From contig CAZJBV010000002.1 of assembly GCA_964544585.1 (NCBI GenBank), positions 3,468 through 67,467 on the forward strand: a stretch of 64,000 nt of DNA, in the 5' to 3' direction. The notes under the pieces were generated by a model that was not told the origin of the DNA, did not search any database, and saw only the letters and a program-made list of their open reading frames with translations. A program made the position numbers and the translations under genes. Positions 58,899-64,000 of the stretch are shown piece after piece (within the stretch, counting starts at the first letter, position 1; the number at the start of each line of letters is the position of its first letter). Origin of the DNA: an uncultured Gammaproteobacteria bacterium (GTDB lineage Bacteria; Patescibacteriota; Microgenomatia; 2-02-FULL-39-11).

Positions 58899-59006
58899 TA
58901 CATGATATAAAATACCATAGTAATCTATAACCAGCAATAGAAACAAAAGACCTGTATTTTTGAAATATTTAGTGGATTCATATAATATGTCAAGAAGAGC
59001 AAATTA

Positions 59007-59807
59007 ATGACGATGATAAAAAAACGTATATCATTTTTATTGGCTACCAAAAACAGAGGCAAGTTTTTGAAAAAAGCATTTGCGTATATTAAAAAAATCA
59101 AAAGCAGAGATGACGAATTAATTATTATCGATGGTTTATCGACCGATAATACCAAAGCAGTCATCAAAAAATATAAAGATTGGGTAGACATATTTATATC
59201 CGAAAAAGACCAAAGCGAAGCTCACGCTTTAAACAAGGGTATTCTTTTATCCCAAGGTAAATATATTAAATTTCTTACCGACGATGACATCATTTATAAA
59301 AGCGGATTAGAAAAGGCAGTTAGGATAATGGAAGAAAATCCTTATGTTGATGTACTATTATGCGGTGGCACAAGACTTGTCGAGGGGAAAAGGAGAAAGT
59401 TTTATGTCAATCCAGGCACAAATTATGGTAAAGATGTCGCAGACGTTTTTAAATACGGAGCATGTGGCATTGGGCTTGTTATCAGAAAAGATATTTTTGC
59501 CAAAGTGGGACTACTAAATAGCAAATCATTTGCCCTAGACATTGATTTTCTCACCCAGGCAATAAGTGGCGGCGCTAACGTCAGATTTTGCCGAATTCAC
59601 CTTTTCTACCACCCAATACTTCCACATAGCGGTACAATTAAAAGCTATCAAAAATGGAAGGCAGATAAAGAAAAAATAAAAAAGAGATATGGCTTAGAAA
59701 ATATAGTTCCCGGCAAAGAAGTTATATCTATCATAAAAGTCTTAAAGCAAAAAATATTAAATAAAAAAAAGCAAACTAAATATATTTGGGATGGTGGTTT
59801 CAGCTAA
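59007..59807 (+). CDS. Family 2 glycosyltransferase (GT2)
   Basis: ..ISFLLATKNRGKFLKKA......S.DDELIIIDGLSTDNT.. Confidence 0.7.
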   Translation: MTMIKKRISFLLATKNRGKFLKKAFAYIKKIKSRDDELIIIDGLSTDNTKAVIKKYKDWVDIFISEKDQSEAHALNKGILLSQGKYIKFLTDDDIIYKSGLEKAVRIMEENPYVDVLLCGGTRLVEGKRRKFYVNPGTNYGKDVADVFKYGACGIGLVIRKDIFAKVGLLNSKSFALDIDFLTQAISGGANVRFCRIHLFYHPILPHSGTIKSYQKWKADKEKIKKRYGLENIVPGKEVISIIKVLKQKILNKKKQTKYIWDGGFS

Positions 59808-61090
59808 TATTTATGAAGCGAATCGATATTTTATGGTTAATTGAACACGTTGCCAGAGAAATGGAAGTTGCCATAATAGCAAAATATTTCCTTGAAAAAA
59901 AATATAATTTTTCGGTAGAAATACGACATATTTATTTACATGCTGAAAATAATATGCACACAATTTATCCCCGCATTGTCTTATTGCCATTTTTTTATAA
60001 AGCAAAAGATTTAGCAGTAGAAGAGTATCTCAATCTTTGGAAAGATGCAATCTTTATCAACCTCGCCTGGGAACAAATGTTTTACAAAGCACACAAACTG
60101 ATCAAAGCTCCGCAAGATAAATGGGCAAGAGAAAAAGTTATCCATCACGCATGGGGAAAGTCATTTAAACAATATTTAATAGACCATGGTGTAAAAAAGA
60201 GAAATATTTTTTTCAACAGTAATCCAATATATGAGCTTTATTCCAACCCTCTGAAGAGGATCTATAAAACCAGAAAAGATCTTGCCAGAATATATAAAAT
60301 CCCTTTAAATAAAAAATGGATCTTTTTTCCTGAAAATTATAGATGGGCATTCTTAAGCCCGACAAAAAAGCAAAAATTTGCCTCAGAAGGCTTATCAACA
60401 AAAAATATTAAAAGTCTTTCAGCCTTTTGTAACAGCTCACTCTACGAAGTATTACATTGGTTTTTGGATAGAAAAAAAAGTAATTACATATTCATACTTC
60501 GACCGCGGCCAGCTACAACGAAACAACAGTTTATGAATATAATTAATAAGATAGCCGGAAAAATTCCCTCGGATGTATTTATCATAAAGAACGAATCAGT
60601 AAGAAATTGGGTTTTGGCAAGCGATGTGGTCGTTTCATCCTACAGTACGACACTTTTGGAGGCGTCAGTTGGGGAAAAACCAAGTTTTATTTTGGAGCCA
60701 AAGCCAATACATCCTTTACTTCGCTATAGTTGGTTCAAATTTATTAAAAGTATAAAAGCAAAAAGGGAACTCGATTCCATAATTGGAAGTAACCCAAATT
60801 CCAAAAATAAGTCATTACAAAAATGGATTGAAAAAGAATATTTTACCAATCCGACACCTATAAAAAACTTATGTAACTATATTGGAAAACTTTCAAGGAA
60901 AAATACCCAGACTATAAACCCTTTTCTCTTTCTTCGTGCGCGTACACTATCGTACTTGTTAAGAATAAGAAACTCTTTGTCAAAAAAACAGTATTTCAAC
61001 TACGAAACTCATGAGAACGATATATTTAATGTTTCTGATATTACAGAAATAAGCCAAAAGTGGAAACCAATATTAAAGATGTATGTCTAA
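59786..61090 (+). CDS. GT-B-like TagF/TagB-family (CDP-alditol phosphotransferase) or 'surface carbohydrate biosynthesis protein' family
   Basis: C-terminal ..ASDVVVSSYSTTLLEASVGEKPSFIL.. resembles the D.LITDYSS...D.....KP.IF box of TagF-like enzymes. 434 aa. Confidence 0.35.
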   Translation: MGWWFQLIFMKRIDILWLIEHVAREMEVAIIAKYFLEKKYNFSVEIRHIYLHAENNMHTIYPRIVLLPFFYKAKDLAVEEYLNLWKDAIFINLAWEQMFYKAHKLIKAPQDKWAREKVIHHAWGKSFKQYLIDHGVKKRNIFFNSNPIYELYSNPLKRIYKTRKDLARIYKIPLNKKWIFFPENYRWAFLSPTKKQKFASEGLSTKNIKSLSAFCNSSLYEVLHWFLDRKKSNYIFILRPRPATTKQQFMNIINKIAGKIPSDVFIIKNESVRNWVLASDVVVSSYSTTLLEASVGEKPSFILEPKPIHPLLRYSWFKFIKSIKAKRELDSIIGSNPNSKNKSLQKWIEKEYFTNPTPIKNLCNYIGKLSRKNTQTINPFLFLRARTLSYLLRIRNSLSKKQYFNYETHENDIFNVSDITEISQKWKPILKMYV

Positions 61091-62009
61091 CCCACAATTA
61101 TCGATCATTATTTGCACCTATAATAGAGAGGAAGAATTGAAAAAATGCCTCTATAGTCTTATAGAGCAATCTTACACAAAAAAAGATTTTGAGGCTATAA
61201 TAGTTGATAATAATTCTACAGACAAAACAAACAAAATATTCCAAGATTTCCAAAAAAAACTAACTAATGCAAGATACATAGTCGAAAAAAAGCAAGGATT
61301 ATCTCATGCACGAAATAAGGGATTTGATGTCAGCCGGGGAAAATATTTAGTCTATTTAGATGATGACGTTATCCTCCCTAAAAATTACATTTCAAATATA
61401 AAAAAAGTTATTAACAAATATAATCCCGACATTTTAGGTGGTCCAATTTATCCATATTATACCACTCCAAAACCCTTTTGGTATAAAGATAGTTATGAAA
61501 CAAGGAAATATGAAAACAAATCAGGTTTTTCTACCTCCTGTAATATTTCAGGTGGTAATTTTATTATCAAGAAAGTAGTCTTAAAAAAAACAGGTAAATT
61601 TAATATTCAATTTGGCATGATAGGAGACAAAGATTGGCTCGGCGAAGAACGAGAAGTACTTGAAATCTATCGAAAAATAATACCCATAAATAAACAAAAA
61701 GTATTTTATGATCTAGACTGTTTTCTTAATCATCATGTACCAAAAAAAAAGATTAAGCTTTTTTATTTAATTAATCGAAGCTTTATAGGAGGTAGGGCAT
61801 TAGCAAGAATTTACAAGAAACATAATATAGACCCCAAAATAGGGAAAAATAAACAACTTGGTTTAATCGGAAAATTTCTGAATAATCTATACGAAATCGG
61901 TAAATTAACTTTAGAAGATATTAAAAATAGCAAAGAGCCATTTGATTTGATCGAAATTATCAGAATTACAGCATTTAGAATCGGATTAAGAATAGAATAC
62001 TTATGGTAA
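61083..62009 (+). CDS. Family 2 glycosyltransferase (GT2)
   Basis: LSIIICTYNREEELKKCLYSLIEQSY......IIVDNNSTDKT and LVYLDDDV. Confidence 0.8.
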   Translation: MSNPQLSIIICTYNREEELKKCLYSLIEQSYTKKDFEAIIVDNNSTDKTNKIFQDFQKKLTNARYIVEKKQGLSHARNKGFDVSRGKYLVYLDDDVILPKNYISNIKKVINKYNPDILGGPIYPYYTTPKPFWYKDSYETRKYENKSGFSTSCNISGGNFIIKKVVLKKTGKFNIQFGMIGDKDWLGEEREVLEIYRKIIPINKQKVFYDLDCFLNHHVPKKKIKLFYLINRSFIGGRALARIYKKHNIDPKIGKNKQLGLIGKFLNNLYEIGKLTLEDIKNSKEPFDLIEIIRITAFRIGLRIEYLW

Positions 62010-62578
62010 AAAAACATCACTCTGCAATTGTATCTAATAAAGCTCATATAGGAGAAAAAACTATAATCTGGCATTTTTCACACATCCGGAAGAATGTAAC
62101 CATTGGCAGAAATTGTATCATCGGTCAATCCGTATATATAGATTCAAACGTCAAAATAGGAAATAATGTCAAAATCCAGAATGGTTGCTATCTCTATCAT
62201 GGATCAAACTTAGAAGATGGTGTTTTTTTAGGACCGGCGGTTATATTGACAAACGACCGCATTCCAAGGGCTATCAATCCGGATGGATCGCTTAAAAATA
62301 AAAGGGATTGGCAGGCAGGAAAGATTTTAATAAAAAAAGGAGCATCTTTAGGAACAGGAGTTATAGTCTTACCCAACATAACAATCGGCAAGTTTGCCAT
62401 GATAGCCGCGGGTTCTGTAGTGACTAAAAATGTGCCAGATCAGGCATTAGTAATGGGAATTCCAGCAAGAAATGTCGGTTTCGTCTGTATTTGCGGTGAA
62501 ACTCTTAGAAAAAAAGATTCGAATGAAAAAAGGATAAAAATTAAATGCAAAAATTGTGGCAATGAAAATCTATTATGA
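62003..62578 (+). CDS. Hexapeptide-repeat (left-handed beta-helix) sugar N-acetyltransferase, WbpD/WlbB-like
   Basis: 191 aa of [LIV]-G-x-x-x-x hexapeptide repeats (IGRNCIIGQSVYIDSNVKIGNNVKIQNG...). Size and pairing with the downstream DegT aminotransferase. Confidence 0.65.
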   Translation: MVKKHHSAIVSNKAHIGEKTIIWHFSHIRKNVTIGRNCIIGQSVYIDSNVKIGNNVKIQNGCYLYHGSNLEDGVFLGPAVILTNDRIPRAINPDGSLKNKRDWQAGKILIKKGASLGTGVIVLPNITIGKFAMIAAGSVVTKNVPDQALVMGIPARNVGFVCICGETLRKKDSNEKRIKIKCKNCGNENLL

Positions 62579-63669
62579 TTCCACTATCAAAACCTATTTT
62601 AGGAAGAGAAGAAGAAAGAGCAGTTTTGGAGGTACTCCGCTCAGGAAAACTTTCTCAAGGGCAAAAAGTCGAAGAATTTGAAAAAAAATTCGCTAAGTTT
62701 ATAGGTAGTAAATATGCCGTTGCTACCTCATCTGGCACCACTGCCCTCCATCTTTGCCTTTTGGTTTTGAACATCGGCCCAGGAGATGAAGTTATTACCA
62801 CCCCATTTTCATTTATTGCCTCTGCAAATGTAATTTTATACGTCGGTGCCCGTCCCATTTTCGTCGACATAAATCCCCAAACATTTAATTTAAATCCACG
62901 ACTTATTGAAAAGGCAATCACCCCCAAAACCAAGGCCATCCTTCCTGTGCATTTATTTGGCTTGCCCGCCGATATGGAAAAAATACTCTACATTGCCAAA
63001 GAATACAAACTATTTGTCATCGAAGATGCCTGTCAATCCCATGACGCCGAAGTAAAAATGGGTGCAGTTTGGAAAAAGGTTGGTTCAATAGGAGATGTGG
63101 GTTGCTTTTCATTTTACCCCACCAAAAATATGACCACCGCCGAAGGTGGCATGGTAGTCACCAACAAGAAAGAAATCGCCCAGAAAATAAAAATGCTTAG
63201 AAATCACGGAATGAGAGTTCGCTATCAGTATGAACAACTAGGATACAATTTCCGCATGACAGAGATCCAAGCTGCAATTGGCATTGAGCAATTAAAAAAG
63301 ATAGCGAAGTTTACTCATAAAAGAATCCAAAATGCAAAAATTTTGTCAAAGCTTCTTTACGGAGTCCAAATTCCGTATGTGTCCGACAATACAAAACACG
63401 TCTTTCACCAGTTCACCATCAAAGTTCCATCAACATTAAGAGATAAATTATCAAACGAATTAAATAAAAAAGGCATCGCTACAGGAATCTATTATCCGAA
63501 GATAATAACCAAATATAATATATATCGAAAGCACAATTCCAAAAATTTATTTCAGGCAGAAAAGGCATGTAAAGAAGTGTTATCCATTCCCATTCATCCC
63601 CAACTTTCCAACAGCGATTTAATGAAAATTGCCAAAATCATTAATACATTCATTAAAAATAATTCATGA
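62575..63669 (+). CDS. DegT/DnrJ/EryC1/StrS family sugar aminotransferase (WbpE/WlbC-like)
   Basis: ..ATSSGTTALHLCLLVLNIGPGDEVITTPFSFIASANVILYVGARPIFVDI.. 364 aa. Confidence 0.8.
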   Translation: MIPLSKPILGREEERAVLEVLRSGKLSQGQKVEEFEKKFAKFIGSKYAVATSSGTTALHLCLLVLNIGPGDEVITTPFSFIASANVILYVGARPIFVDINPQTFNLNPRLIEKAITPKTKAILPVHLFGLPADMEKILYIAKEYKLFVIEDACQSHDAEVKMGAVWKKVGSIGDVGCFSFYPTKNMTTAEGGMVVTNKKEIAQKIKMLRNHGMRVRYQYEQLGYNFRMTEIQAAIGIEQLKKIAKFTHKRIQNAKILSKLLYGVQIPYVSDNTKHVFHQFTIKVPSTLRDKLSNELNKKGIATGIYYPKIITKYNIYRKHNSKNLFQAEKACKEVLSIPIHPQLSNSDLMKIAKIINTFIKNNS

Positions 63670-64000
63670 TTAGAGGAAAAAGAGTACTTGTTACGGGTGG
63701 AGCAGGCTTTATCGGCAGTCACCTAGTCGATGAATTACTTAAATATGATAATAAAGTCATAGTCTTGGATGATTTCTCGTGTGGCTCTACCAAAAATTTA
63801 CAGAATGCTACGCTTAGTAGAAATTACCGACTACAAAAAGGTACTGTTACAGATAAAAAAATTGTTACAAAATTAATTGCGAGACGCGGAGTTGATATTG
63901 TTTATCATCTAGCTGCAGGCAACTTGTTGACCTCCATAAAAAATCCACATCATGATATTGACGTTACTCTTCACGGCACATTAAATATTCTTGACGCTAT
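63666..64000 (+). CDS. NAD-dependent epimerase/dehydratase (3'-truncated by the window end)
   Basis: MIRGKRVLVTGGAGFIGSHLVDEL Rossmann motif. The ORF runs off the window. Confidence 0.7.
   Translation, partial: MIRGKRVLVTGGAGFIGSHLVDELLKYDNKVIVLDDFSCGSTKNLQNATLSRNYRLQKGTVTDKKIVTKLIARRGVDIVYHLAAGNLLTSIKNPHHDIDVTLHGTLNILDA

Noticed and set aside
1-64000. Search for tRNA/rRNA genes
   Set aside because: No cloverleaf-compatible GC-rich 70-90 nt segments or rRNA-like conserved blocks were found. The only GC-rich islands are the palindromic elements, whose symmetry is that of hairpins and not of tRNAs.

Overview
This window is a low-GC (roughly one-third G+C by eye), gene-dense bacterial region, probably from a Candidate Phyla Radiation (CPR)-type small genome. 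About 60 of 61 genes sit on the + strand, and many have ATGA/TGA-ATG start-stop overlaps. Apart from a short block of unrelated small proteins at 2.4-5 kb, the whole window is one large glycosylation island. The small-protein block holds a DUF4160 remnant, DUF2442, a YciI-like protein, an SRPBCC protein and a CxxC-x17-CxxC zinc ribbon. The island contains the following.

- Glycosyltransferases: nine family-2 glycosyltransferases (GT2), including two Dpm1/CsbB-like polyprenyl-phosphate-sugar synthases, and five family-4 glycosyltransferases (GT4).
- A tandem array at 10.8-26.6 kb: eight full-length paralogs of a GT-C fold (polytopic membrane, lipid-linked-sugar-dependent) glycosyltransferase of family GT39 (PMT/ArnT-like), each about 540-555 aa with a conserved N-terminal DE motif. 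The array also holds one decayed copy and one unrelated membrane protein.
- Two YfhO-like GT-C proteins. One lies directly downstream of a CsbB-like GT2, the classic csbB-yfhO arrangement.
- At least seven further polytopic membrane proteins.
- Nucleotide-sugar enzymes: a GalE-like epimerase, GDP-fucose synthase, an RmlD-like reductase, two DegT aminotransferases and a WbpD-like hexapeptide-repeat acetyltransferase.
- Decoration enzymes: carbamoyltransferase, an asparagine-synthetase-type amidotransferase, a SAM-dependent methyltransferase, and an acyl carrier protein (ACP), AcpS and GNAT acyltransferase module converging on an acyl-AMP ligase.
- A Wzm/Wzt ABC exporter and a Wzx-like flippase.

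The most unusual feature is a family of GC-rich nested-palindrome elements with the core CCTGCCTGCCGGCAGGCAGG. There are six copies. Three are inserted in-frame inside membrane-protein genes and encode '..HLKGGRNA(C/Y)LPAGRDSFQV..', as Rickettsia palindromic elements (RPEs) do. Two longer copies lie immediately upstream of gene starts and share a 3' GGAGGAATCAAAACT(C)ATGAAAAT tail.

A heptanucleotide (TTTTATC)n microsatellite recurs inside four membrane-protein coding sequences. No rRNA, tRNA or CRISPR was recognised.
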